The notes under the pieces are model-generated. The model searched no databases and was not told where the DNA came from. It saw nothing but the letters and a program-made list of their open reading frames with translations. The translations under genes and the position numbers were made by a program. From contig CM119371.1 in the NCBI GenBank assembly GCA_051294905.1, positions 1,986,001 through 2,050,000 of the forward strand: a stretch of DNA of 64,000 nucleotides. The letters are read 5' to 3'. Below, piece after piece: positions 22,735-34,487 of this stretch. Source of the DNA: Botryllus schlosseri (lineage: Eukaryota). Each line of letters opens with the position of its first letter. Position 1 is the first letter of the stretch.

Positions 22735-23870
22735 GTATCGTATGTTTAGTGTCGTTGGTAAACGTTGTCGCCGGTAGTCGTTGGTATACTATTACGAGTG
22801 TGAAAAGGATTTGCACATCTTGTGTAGAGTATCGCGATAGTGAACATATTTTTCGCGTGACGAAACAAGATCGTTGTTTAAATTTTAATGCATACATTCC
22901 GATGACCGAGTTGCTGTACAATAGAGATGACTCTGCATTAGACCGTGCTGTGTACTTCGATTAAAACCACAAGACCACATGTAAATCTATTCGCACAACT
23001 AGATGATGTTGATATAGTGTTACTAAAATTAATTATTACCTATTTACACAACATAAAATTAGCAATTCATGTCGCAGTAAGTAAGTTTCTTGAACTCGCG
23101 CTTGATGAAACGAATGGTGACAAGTATACTTTTGTGTTTGAGTGAAAAAGAATTATTTAGAGTAGTGACAGTTTGTGACCAACGAATGCAAATCGATCAT
23201 GATATTACAATATACGCTTTCGTCAACATAACGACTTGGCGTAGAAATACTTTCACGTTTTTTGAATAACTGGATTCTCGAGACTTGTTACTTGTACGAT
23301 GTATCATTGGTGTGCAAACTATAACGAACATTTTGTATGATAGTATGTTTAGTTGTATTGTTGTGAGGACAACCATATGTTGACTCACCACTTTTCGTTA
23401 GCAAAGTAGATTGATTTGTGTGTAAGATGTAAGCATCGTAACTAGAAAACATATGCACTATGTTGTTGGAGTAGCTGATTTATTGCTATGACATGGACAT
23501 ATCCTGAAGCCTTGGTTTGTTGTCTTATGAAAGATGACGCGACTCGGTGTCATAAATTGTGTTTACTAAACTCGGGTGGATACCACAATTGTGCTGGATT
23601 TACACACGGTATTCACATAGTGTACACATATAAACTTTTGTGTAAACAACTCTGGTGTTTCTGTTCGTACTAGTTCTGTGTTGAACTATTTGATTATTAA
23701 GATACATGAACATCCATTGAGACAATAAAGTTCTTGAGGTATCAAAACATTTTGAAAGCACCACCAATCATTGTACGGGTTTGTAGCATGGGAATAGCGA
23801 ATATTTTCGTGTAACATGAATATATTTCATATGTCTTCGGTAAGAAATGGGTTGTGGGATGTGGGATAAG
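22735..23870 (-). pseudogene. Protein-primed family B DNA polymerase remnant, C-terminal part (mirror copy ~12330..13462 on plus)
   Basis: In the left-arm copy, SLFP (12397), LIPQELY, CTLC (12571), WYPPEF (12612) and FIRQQTKASGY (12666) occur in the expected order of SLYP...LCxxC...GTWxxxEL...FLKxKQExSGxP. Confidence 0.55.
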
Positions 23871-23936
23871 AATTAGTGTCCTACAGTAAAACTTGTTGTG
23901 TTTGATTGCATACTTTTTTAACATTGTTTGTTGTTG

Positions 23937-24928
23937 AAAGACGGGCGAGTTTACATTTAGATTAGGCGGAGAAACTCAAGTAATAAATTTTACTCGTTTG
24001 AAAATCGAAAACGGAAAAAATACCGATGAATGGAGTAACAGTATCTCAATATGAGTGGTATATTATTTTTCGTGATATGCAGCCAATCTTCTAACCAGAA
24101 CTTGTCAATAATTTATCATGTCATAGAAAAACCGATGGTTATGAATTCAAAAGAAATGTACTTCGCTTATCATGATGATGGAAATTATGATCAACGCAGT
24201 ATTTCGAAGTGGTATGTTCAACAATCACTAAATGACAAAAATATCAAACTGTGCATACAACTCGGTTAGGTAAACAATACAGTTACAAATCGGATGTAAG
24301 CTTGATTTACAGATTACAACCTGATGATGTAAAGCTCAACCACTCCAGTGTGTTTATTGCAAAGTATTTGACACAAACAAAATATTGAATGAAGACTTCG
24401 GTTTCATTACCAAGCTAGTGAAAATTGTTTTCTATTGGATGGATATGATTTACCTTTAGAAAAAACGATATAGACCGATTAAGCGACGCTGTTTCATATC
24501 CATCGAGTGAGTAAAATTTCTTTGGAATAGTGAGGTAATTGTTAGGGATTCAATCACATGTAAGTAACGTCTTTTAGTGGTAGAGTATTGTGATGACATT
24601 TACTTTAGTGAATGACAACGCTAAAATTTTCGATTGTATTGTCGGTGTATGTGTTAGACAAATAATTCTAGTACACCTAACTCTAGGATACATTCGGCAG
24701 ACATTATACAAATTGTTTCGTTGTGATGGTAACGACTTTCAGCGACTTGGTTTCATGTCGGGAATTATTATTTGGCGGTTCAAAAACAATTTCAATCAAT
24801 ACTACAAATGAACAACAATGCAAAACACGTTAAGTGAATGACAGTGTAGCAACTACTTCCTTGATATCACGATTGTTGTGCACCAGACATTTCTAACTGA
24901 ATTGAATGCATATAGCAAACATATTTAA
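23937..24928 (+). pseudogene. Polinton major capsid protein remnant (mirror ~11269..12260; third copy from 26282 split by a hAT)
   Basis: GEFTFRLGGETQVINF at 23944, NMSGILFF, and C-terminal DITIVVHQTFLTELNA at 24863 resemble Polinton MCP termini; many deletions. Confidence 0.45.
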
Positions 24929-27412
24929 ATTTACTTTTGTAATGATCAAAGTATGTGAAATGGTGCGAACGGATTAGATATTAATCAAGCGGCGGTATAT
25001 CAATTCACCTAGTGTGATATCTTGACACCGGGTAATGTGCGAAAGTGTGTCAATTCTCACCGCAGATTACGATGATAAAGTATTGTACCGGTTATTGTTC
25101 AACAAAGGAAATTGTTGTTTCATCTTTAGTCTTGGTTACTGGAGACAATTACGTTTATAAAATATTTCCTGATATCGACAATACGCTGCGTGGTTTTTAC
25201 GAACACGACTTAATCTTCCCAATCAAAACATTTCAGACATGTTAATATAGTTTTACAAATCGATATGTTTATAACAATGTTTCTGAAAAGTTTGTTTGTA
25301 TCGTAATAACCTTCAACACAACCCTGGTCTAATAATGTCATAATTTAATAATCAAGTCACGATCGACTATGTATATGTACACGCTACCGAAAACAGATTT
25401 AGGCAAATGTTGCTATAGAACTGCGTTAGTTTTAAAGTGGTTCCATCATGAAATGTGTGATGAAATTTGGTATGCTGCATAATCACAATGCCCTGGAGCT
25501 TATTTAGAAACGTTTTTATTGTAGTTACGCATTCTAGTTGTTTTGATGTAAGGAAAAAATCATTCGATAACTCGATACAGCTAGTTAACACGCGTTGATG
25601 TAACTTTCCTCATTTGTATGCATAGCCTACGCGAAATGGGTTACCGAATTTTTCGATTAGTTTATATTCCGTATTTTATTTAAAACTGAAACTGTTAAGT
25701 ACTACTTAAAGTGTTATAAAATGTGAAAAAGAGTACAAGTAGAATTATTGTTATGTCATGAATAAGTAGTTTACAAATTCATACGATTTTTCTTGTTGCG
25801 TTCCGGGACAAAATGAAATTTTTCGCTCTTTTATATTTTTTATTTTTTCAATAAAATTAGTTTTCATTTTACAAAAAACGTCGAGTAAAGATAAAGTACT
25901 TGTACATTTCGTAGTGCTCAAGTATAAGTTTTTAAACTATTACCTTGACAAAATTTTCAGAATAGAAACTTTTGCGTAAAGTCTGTCTTGCATTTAGTTG
26001 CTGGCTCTGAAAGCAAGCAAAGTTTGTGGTATTTGCGCAACATCGAAATTTGTACACTTCACGGTTATCTTATTTCGAAAACATAAGTTAGGTAAAAGTA
26101 TTTCGAATCATGGGTATGAATAATTTTGTAGCATGGGAATAGCGAATATTTTCGTGTAACATGAATATATTTCATATGTCTTCGGTAAGAAATGGGTTGT
26201 GGGATGTGGGATAAGAATTAGTGTCCTACAGTAAAACTTGTTGTGTTTGATTGCATACTTTTTTAACATTGTTTGTTGTTGAAAGACGGGCGAGTTTACA
26301 TTTAGATTAGGCGGAGAAACTCAAGTAATAAATTTTACTCGTTTGAAAATCGAAAACGGAAAAAATACCGATGAATGGAGTAACAGTATCTCAATATGAG
26401 TGGTATATTATTTTTCGTGATATGCAGCCAATCTTCTAACCAGAACTTGTCAATAATTTATCATGTCATAGAAAAACCGATGGTTATGAATTCAAAAGAA
26501 ATGTACTTCGCTTATCATGATGATGGAAATTATGATCAACGCAGTATTTCGAAGTGGTATGTTCAACAATCACTAAATGACAAAAATATCAAACTGTGCA
26601 TACAACTCGGTTAGGTAAACAATACAGTTACAAATCGGATGTAAGCTTGATTTACAGATTACAACCTGATGATGTAAAGCTCAACCACTCCAGTGTGTTT
26701 ATTGCAAAGTATTTGACACAAACAAAATATTGAATGAAGACTTCGGTTTCATTACCAAGCTAGTGAAAATTGTTTTCTATTGGATGGATATGATTTACCT
26801 TTAGAAAAAACGATATAGACCGATTAAGCGACGCTGTTTCATATCCATCGAGTGAGTAAAATTTCTTTGGAATAGTGAGGTAATTGTTAGGGATTCAATC
26901 ACATGTAAGTAACGTCTTTTAGTGGTAGAGTATTGTGATGACATTTACTTTAGTGAATGACAACGCTAAAATTTTCGATTGTATTGTCGGTGTATGTGTT
27001 AGACAAATAATTTTAGTACATCTAACTCAGTGGTTCTCAACCTTTTTTACCCGCGGACTCATCTCAAGCTCGCCAGTATACCCGCGGACTCAAGCTATAT
27101 ATTACTGATTTTTTTTTATCCAAGGGAGTGTAATACGGTATCAACAAAAAATGAGCTAAAATTGAGTCAAGGAAGCTTTCTTAAATCTGTCTTTCCACAT
27201 CTGTCGGCTTTGCAATTCAAGCAACTATTCAGTAAATGCAGACCACATCTCGATTTCCACTTATATTAGACAACTATAGATTGTTTCTGTGATTAGCACA
27301 TGTCCCTACGATTTGTAATTTCCCAAATAGTCTGTAAGTGAACAAGTCGCCATAATCAATCACCAGCACTCAGCGTATATCGCACCGGAAACCTGTGCAA
27401 TGTGCATACGTG

Positions 27413-27883
27413 CAGGACCGTAACAGCACTTCGTCAGCCCCCCCTCAATAACAAAACGTTGGTCTTGGGCCACACAGGCCTTAAACCTAACTTCTGGTGG
27501 GCTTCACCCCCAGACCCCCCTTCCGATACGTTTTTACCGCTACTTCTCAGCGAAATTTTTGTACCGTTCGTTCAGTCGTTTTGTTTCGAATAAACCGTGC
27601 GAGGCGTGAAAATATCCCATAATCATGATTGAATCGGTCGACATGATCGGGGATTGCATCTAGTTGTAAATTTTTTATGCTATCTCTGCTCATGCATTCA
27701 GATTTATCGGTCGAGCTGAGCGAGACGTTTCGGAACATGATATAATGATATAATTTTTCTAAAAAGTTGCATAAATTTTCAAAAAACACTCTATAATTTA
27801 TGTTAATTCACGAATAATTTTGGCCCCCCTTCGAGGTCCCCCCCTCAATTATGGGGGTTTGGTGTACGGCAGTTACGGTCCCG
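27413..27883. mobile_element. hAT-type MITE nested in 27028..29153
   Basis: TIRs caggaccgtaac / gttacggtcccg; TSD catacgtg on both sides. Confidence 0.85.
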
Positions 27884-28916
27884 CATACGTGTGTAGTGTA
27901 TAAAGAGCTGTCCCAGGGGTTTATACCTGGTATATTCTGTATGTGAATTGTTAATAGTGAACACGCGGCAATAAATTCCGAGTCCGGTCGTACTAAATTC
28001 AAGTGAATCCGACCAAAATTGTAGAGTTTATGACCGTGATAAAATTGCTTATGACAATTTTAGCAATAGGCTATACCTCGAACATAAATGTAGGGCATTT
28101 TGAAAAATTCCAGTTGGCGATAATTGGGGTTTTATACCTGGCGTGATTGGTATCAAACCAGGATGATGCGACAGATGTGCAAAGCATACCCGTTTTGCCT
28201 GTGATACTTGCAACCAACTGGTTTGCCCAAGACACAGAAAATATCAGGAGAACCAATAATGCTTGGAATGCTGATCAATTTGTAGTGGTGCTGTTTCGTT
28301 GTTCTTGCGTTTGAAATATACGTGGCCAAACATCGCTTGTTGAGGTATCTCTAATATTGCTTCCAAAACTACATTCACTGCAGTATAATTTATTAACTTG
28401 CAGGAATTTCGTATGCCCCTTATCAGCAAGAGGTAACGGCACAATAAGAAGCATATAGAAAGAGATTTAAACAAAATCCAAATTGGCGAAATATGACGTA
28501 ACAATGCAATGATAAAAAGGAACGGTAGCTGGCCAAAGTCAGCTGTACCGGTACTTCGGTAGTCATAATAAAGGGATAATAGAGAATCAAATTATACGAT
28601 ACTCAGAAGACGTTACACAGACAATTAGGGGAATATATTAATGGAATATTGAAAGATTGTATACAAACTCTTTATCCTTTTTATGGTGCCGTTAATTCTT
28701 GATAAGGGAAACCCGAAAAGTCGCCGAGGTAATAAATTCTACTGCAATGAATGTAGTTCTGAAAGCACTATTGAAGTTGAGTGCCGCCAGTCACATATTT
28801 GAGGTATCTATGCATTTTCTATGACAGCTATTAAGGTTACTAACATTTCAAAATGGGTATTTTGTAAATCACTCAGCCTAATTCTCAACTCGGAATTGGA
28901 CGAAACCGGACCAGTA

Positions 28917-28998
28917 CGGGGCTCATTCACTTTCGGACCAAAAAGCTATTTTCTCCGTAAGGCTGCAATGACTTTGGTCCGAAAGTGAACGAGCCCCG
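28917..28998. mobile_element. 82-bp hairpin MITE with TA TSD
   Basis: cggggctcattcactttcggaccaaa ... tttggtccgaaagtgaacgagccccg, flanked by ta/ta. Confidence 0.8.
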
Positions 28999-29419
28999 TA
29001 GGTCTGTCAATTACATGTTCCGAAATCGTATCGGAAGTGGAAGAAAAAGTGTGCCGAGCCGATTAAGTTACTGAAAATTCCTGTGTTCGCGGACTCACCA
29101 AGGACCTTCCGCGGACTCAAATGAGTCCGCGGACTCGGGGTTGGGAAACACTGATCTAACTATAGGATACATTTGGCAAACATCGTACAAATTGTTTCGT
29201 TGTGATGGTAACGACTTTCAGCGGCTTGGTTTCATGTCGGAATTATTATTTGGGGGTTCAAAAACAATTTCAATCAATACTACAAATGAACAACAATGCA
29301 AAACACGTTAAGTGAATGACAGTGTAGCAACTACTTCCTTGATATCACGATTGTTGTGCACCAGACATTTCTAACTGAATTGAATGCATCTAGCAAACAT
29401 ATTTCAATTTACTTTTGTA

Positions 29420-29935
29420 ATGATCAAAGTATGTGAAATGGTGCGAACGGATTAAGTATTAATCAAGCGGCGGTATGTCAATTCACCTAGTGTGATATCT
29501 TGACACCGGGTAATGTGCGAAAGTGTTTCAATTCTCACCGCAGATTACGATGATAAAGTATTGTACCGGTTATTGTTCAACAAAGGAAATTGTTGTTTCA
29601 TCTTTAGTCTTGGTTACTGGAGGCAATTACATTTGTAAAATATTTCCTGATATCCACAATACGCTGCGTGGTTTTTACGAACACGGTTTAATCTTCCCAA
29701 TCAAAACATTTCAGACATGTTAATCTAGTTTCACAAATCGATATGTTAATAACAATGTTTCTGAAAAGTTTGTTGGTATCGTAATAACCTTCAACACAAC
29801 CCGGTCTAATAATGTCATAATTTAATAATCAAGTCGTGATCGACTATTACAAAATCTCATATGTCAAAATCAATGTGTCAATTCATATGTTTACATCGTG
29901 AGAATTTTCAATATAACGCATGCGTTCGATTGTAA
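29420..29935 (+). pseudogene. Polinton minor capsid (penton) remnant; truncated copies ~24942..25370 and mirror
   Basis: TGYCSTKEI, NTLRGF, IFPIKTFQ (29691), then HVNLVS..YVNNN..PG resemble the penton pattern GxY..LLGF..IxPIxxIxIHCNLV..SYVN..PG. Confidence 0.5.
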
Positions 29936-29937
29936 GA

Positions 29938-30200
29938 AATGAATTCTCAACTACGTTGGTCAGACATTCAAATCCGGTATACTCAAATGTAATATGTTAA
30001 TCTCAAACCACACACCGAGTAGTATTTACTTTGGTTTATAAAATATACCGAGTAGTAATTACTTTATCTTACAGAATAGTAACGACTTTTACAGTTGAAC
30101 AAATAAAAAGATGATTTGGCGGTATATGACTACAACCGAACTTGCTATGGATTTTGGATTGTGGTGATTACTCGCGTAGTCTTGTCTACTTTTCATAAGG
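29938..30200 (+). pseudogene. Adenain-like cysteine protease remnant
   Basis: YDYNRTCY (30125) followed by DCGDY (30157) resembles the YN..Q..CGxYC catalytic-Cys motif; positioned after the penton remnant. Confidence 0.35.
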
Positions 30201-30269
30201 ATACTTTTTGCTTTGGTAGGGTAAGTTACAAACGGATTGACTTGAAAAGGCTTTTTTTTTTGTTTTAAT

Positions 30270-30730
30270 CTTTTGTGTATGGGAAGATGTTAAAATGTTG
30301 AGACGTAATACTATTTCCGTTCACTCGATTGCAACAAAAAATAACCTGATAGTTTGTTCAAGGTTTCGACAAATAGATTGAAATATTCCGCTTTAACTCA
30401 TCGCGTCACAAGTCGATCGCGGTATGTACAAGTGGTTGTCAAGTTAGAAATATTTACAACAGGTGCTATTTCATTGATTGATTCTATTGTGTGTAGTAAC
30501 ACATTAAAATATCGAGATAGTATTTACTGAAACTCTATTTGATAAACGGAAAACTCAGTCGTGAATAGAGTTGTAAGTTTGTGACTGGATCAAAGTTGGT
30601 AGTCATGTTTGTCAATCCTATTTCAATTCACATTATACCAAAGTCAAAATATTTCGTTTTTGATTATCTCGGTTACCTGTAGTACATCTGACGAACGGAT
30701 TTAAAGTTGGCGAATTACCAAAATGATTGA
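30270..30730 (+). pseudogene. Polinton retroviral-like (rve) integrase remnant
   Basis: SQVDRG..MYKWL (30406), NTLK, QSYFNSH and FKVGE (30700) follow the order VDxGxEF..WL..RTLK..YNN.H..KFKVGD. Confidence 0.55.
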
Positions 30731-31249
30731 ATATTATCGGGTTAGATATAGTTGGTATTGATTCTATAAGTGTTAAAACAGCGGCGTGTAATGTGTGAAT
30801 GATCCGGAAACGGAGTTGAAAGTTGGTCAATTCAAGGTCGCCGTCGTTGTGGTTCTATTATTCGTTACCCTTGTCAGTGATCGTGTGATTTTACAATTAT
30901 TTCACATCTATTTGAGTATGCGGTAACCGCACAAAGGATTAGGGTTAGGACGGAAATAAGTGACAATTTGTTGCTGTTCAAGTTACCGACACTGGGGGTT
31001 CTGTTAGTCGTTACTTATTAAATCTTACCAGCGAAATCAAGTTCTGTGACAAACTGATTACTAAAATTTCACCGCGTGAGCGATCGGTATGGTTATGACA
31101 CCAAGTCGTGAAAGATGACTATGTCTGAGGTGTTATCTTGTGGGTGATCGTAGGATTTTACAAATATTTCACACCTTTTTGAATTGTATGTGAACGCGGC
31201 TATTGTTGGTATTTGAATCGCCGTCTGCGCCGGCTCTGTGACAAACTAA

Positions 31250-31886
31250 ATACCTGAAAGTACGACTTGCCGCCGCAGCCATAAGAAACCTCACGAGAGA
31301 TACCTATTCCCGAAAGTACGAATTACGACCGCGCCCATAAGACGCAATAGCCGCATGCCGCCCCGCCATAAGACATAAGAGCCGCTTGCGGCCCCCGTCG
31401 TAAGAAATAAGCGCCACTCGCCACCCGAGGTTTCGTGTTAGCATCAATAGCCGCTCGCCACCCCGCCATAAGACGCAATAGCCGCATGCGACCGCACCCA
31501 TAAGAACACATGGCGAGTCACCACAGATCCCGTAAGAATACATGGCACATCACCAACGACGCCTATACCTGAAAGGGTGCCGTCACCAGAGATACCATAA
31601 GAAACAATGGCACATCACCAGAGATCACGTAAGAATACATAACAGGCACATCACCGACGCAGCCTATATCTGAAAGTACGACTCACCAACACGAGTTTTC
31701 ACGGCAGGTCATGAGCGAGCCCTATACCTGAAAGGGTGGGGTCACCAGAGATCCCATAAGAAACAATGGCAAGTCACTAGCGATAGGGGGGTCTAAAAAG
31801 GCGCATCACCACCACGAGTTTCCAGGCGCATCACCACCCCGCCCATAAGAACCCAATACGATGTGCCACCGATCGTATATACTACT
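31250..31886. repeat. Putative Polinton terminal region with short subterminal repeats
   Basis: Repeated ccgccataaga, cctatacctgaaag and gcacatcacca motifs, ending TATATACTACT (reverse complement AGTAGTATATA). Confidence 0.65.
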
Positions 31887-32788
31887 GGTGTAGTACTAGG
31901 ATTAAGTTAGTCTATATGGGTATACTGGGGAGTTCCAGATCCACATCACAATGGACTCGCCATCACAATCAATATTACAGTGGAACGGGAAACATTCAAA
32001 TGAACTCACCTTTACGGCGTGATGTACTTTGATCAAGCACCACTTCGAGTTTAGCTTGGTCTTTCATTGTAAAGTGCACATCGCCACCGGTTCCTTGAAT
32101 GAATGCGTCTAGAGTGGATTTTCATTATTATTATGAGACAGAAAATACCAAATATGGCAAAATATGGTAATTATTTAGCGCTCTGCAGGCATGCTACTTC
32201 TAAAAGCAGAAAAGTTAGCTTTTTTGAGATGTCGTAAAACATATAGACATTGCTGATGACAAAATATGCGGATGAACTGATGATGAATATGGTAGGCCTA
32301 ATCATAGCTGTGATCGCCATCGCATTGAAATGATGGTGTTAAAATCGTGATTATATATAAAATACACACGGTTTTGCATACTATATTCAAATCTCTCCCT
32401 GTCAAGTATGAGCAAACCCATCCATTTTTACGCCATGCCGTAACAGACCTCTCAGTCCCAAGCAGCAAAGCTTTGGTCCCAGTTTTACAGCAAATGTTAG
32501 GACTGACCAGGGCTTCAGTCCCAACCAACAAAACCTGGACAATTTACCACTAAGTTATCAATTCGGGAGTAATATTCCTGCAGAACAGCGGTTCTGATCC
32601 ATGGCTCCAGCAACCCTGCGTGTCGATTTGAATTCAAACGGTTAGGAAACAATTGGGGAGGCGATATGAGGGGCGCTGGGCGCGAGACGCGGTATCAGGG
32701 GCATTGAAGAAAAATGGGGTCGCAGTTGTTGGTGTATTTCTAATGGAGACATATGAATTATGATTATATATAATTATATAGTATAAGG

Positions 32789-32856
32789 CAGGAGTATCAA
32801 ACTCAAATTGCGTCGCGGGCCGGATTCAAACCTTCAAATCGCTCGCGGGCCGCACC
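32789..32856. mobile_element. Solo hAT (Charlie-type) end
   Basis: caggagtatcaaactc followed by gcgggcc motifs; partner TIR and TSD not found. Confidence 0.5.
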
Positions 32857-33269
32857 AGTCAACTAAATCGTAAATCATGCCCTATCTTTTCACTTGAATA
32901 CATTGATTAATACGGTAGCCTAATGTCTAAATCATAATTGGGTGGGTATGTCTGGATAACATTCTTTTGATTCGCTTTAAATAAACTCATCAGAAAGAAT
33001 TCGTGCTGCAAATCATGAGCACATTGCTGCACATTGTCTTGAAATCAGGTAGGCCTAACACATCAAAAATACTTCCAAGGCTTTGACGTAAGCAAATATA
33101 TGTGAGTAATCAATCCATCTGAAAGTAATAGCTTTTTAGAAGAACAACAACACATTGATTGATTGGCCTTTGCACCTAACAGGTGTAGCCTGTGTAGGCC
33201 TGCATTGTACAATGCCAGCAGCAAGAAGGCTAGCTGCAAGAATCTAGCGGAGCCTGGTGTAGATAGTGG

Positions 33270-33550
33270 CCAAAGCCTGCGAGTCCCGCGACGTGATAGT
33301 TCAGGCCTGCGAGGATATCTTGCCAACGAGGCCTATTACAGATGCGATTGCTCAGGGCAACGATTATATCGTGCGCACCAAACTGATTAGGTCAGCGATC
33401 ATCTTGCGCACATGGCCTATTGTACATGCGATTGACAAGGCCAAGGATTAAATCGTGCTCACCAGGCCGGTTGGAGATGAAACTGATTAGGCCAGCGATT
33501 ATATCTTGTGCATGTGGCCTGTTGTACATATGAGATTGTTCAGGCCTGTC
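33270..33550. repeat. Degenerate tandem repeat (~85-100-bp units, ggcc-rich)
   Basis: aaactgattagg(t/c)cagcgat occurs twice and ggcct(a/g)tt...gattg three times. Confidence 0.6.
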
Positions 33551-33605
33551 CTTGACGCGATAGGCTGAATTAGCGAGGATTGCCACGCGCTTGCAGCAAT
33601 CAATG

Positions 33606-33922
33606 ACATAATTTTGTTCACGTACAAACGGCAAACCAACTCAGCAGAGAATTGTGTGCTGTTGTGCAGCGCAGATGACTCTCGCTAATTGGCAACAAGC
33701 TTCTCGCGACTGGTAGCGGGTAACACTGACAATACAAAATACTGGCCATGATGGCTGAATGTCATGTGCCATTGAAAACAAACATGAACAAAGGCGTGAT
33801 TTCAAGCTTCATCTCGGCAGAGATATTTTCAAGGCTTGTTGTACCCATGCATGATGAGCACCCCCCTATTTTAGGACGAAAAAATATGTAAAATTTTGCG
33901 CATTGCACATAGAAAATTACGG
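33606..33922. mobile_element. Partial Tc1/mariner (pogo/Tigger-like) MITE, right end
   Basis: Similar to 36560..36818 + 41798..41878; ends gaaaattacgg|ta. Confidence 0.6.
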
Positions 33923-34452
33923 TATCTCATGTTTATAATAATAATCAAATGAATAGATAGCCAATGATTCAGGATTTCCTTACCGGTATCTTTGGTTGAT
34001 GATGATGAAGGAACATCACTGATATCAGGATCTTCATATTGACGCCTTTCCGCCATGATAACTATCACATGATATTAAATAACTACCGCATCATACAATA
34101 CTGAAAATCCAACAAAATTAATTATGTTAAATCGTAAGCTCCATATGCATGACACATGGAGACTCAAAAATAAGATTGGACTGTTCAAATCAGCAACTGC
34201 AAACGGTCACAAATTCACAAGTCCCATCATCCATGTGAAGTTCGATTACCATTTAGTAACAAATCACTTCAATCAACCCCGCAAGAAGCAGTCAATTTGT
34301 ATTATGTTCATGTCATTTACCAGGAGTCCAACTCCAATCAAACGAGACGTAGGCCTAACAGTCAACAACTAAGCTTCTAGTTCAGGAATAGGCCTACCGT
34401 AATTTTCTAAGTATAGTATGTCCCCATGTTTAAGATGCACCCTTAAAATGGC

Positions 34453-34456
<4 letters not shown>

Positions 34457-34487
<31 letters not shown>

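Larger units (their letters stand above)
16099..26127. repeat. Right arm of the large inverted repeat, interrupted by a 5.6-kb insertion at 16530..22158
   Basis: Reverse complement of 10070..14446 once the insertion and one TSD copy are removed. Confidence 0.95.
27028..29153. mobile_element. Non-autonomous hAT element
   Basis: TIRs cagtggttctcaacc / ggttgggaaacactg; TSD atctaact; cgcggactc subterminal repeats; empty site visible near 24675-24682. Confidence 0.92.
26125..29847 (+). repeat. Direct duplication of 23780..25370, interrupted by a hAT at 27028..29153
   Basis: Offset 2345 before the insertion (ORF 24051 vs 26396 identical) and ~4478 after it; ttt microhomology at the 26125-26127 junction. 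Confidence 0.93.
10827..31886. mobile_element. Rearranged, highly degenerate Polinton/Maverick-like element
   Basis: Eroded motifs of ATPase, pPolB, MCP, penton, protease and integrase, plus a repeat-rich end terminating in TATATACTACT. No left terminus was found. Confidence 0.7.

Noticed and set aside
10070..26127. Palindrome as a pure fold-back read artefact
   Set aside because: The arms differ by a TSD-flanked 5.6-kb insertion, a 15-bp indel and clustered substitutions. Read-level confirmation is still needed.
31257..31860. CRISPR-like repeat array
   Set aside because: Repeats are irregular and degenerate, and the intervening sequences are themselves repeated; this fits a terminal repeat array better.
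31880..31900. Helitron 3' end (tactac-tggt-gtagta hairpin + CTAG)
   Set aside because: The hairpin is AT-rich and abuts CTAG, and the next base is G, not T; the ACTACT Polinton-type end explains it better.
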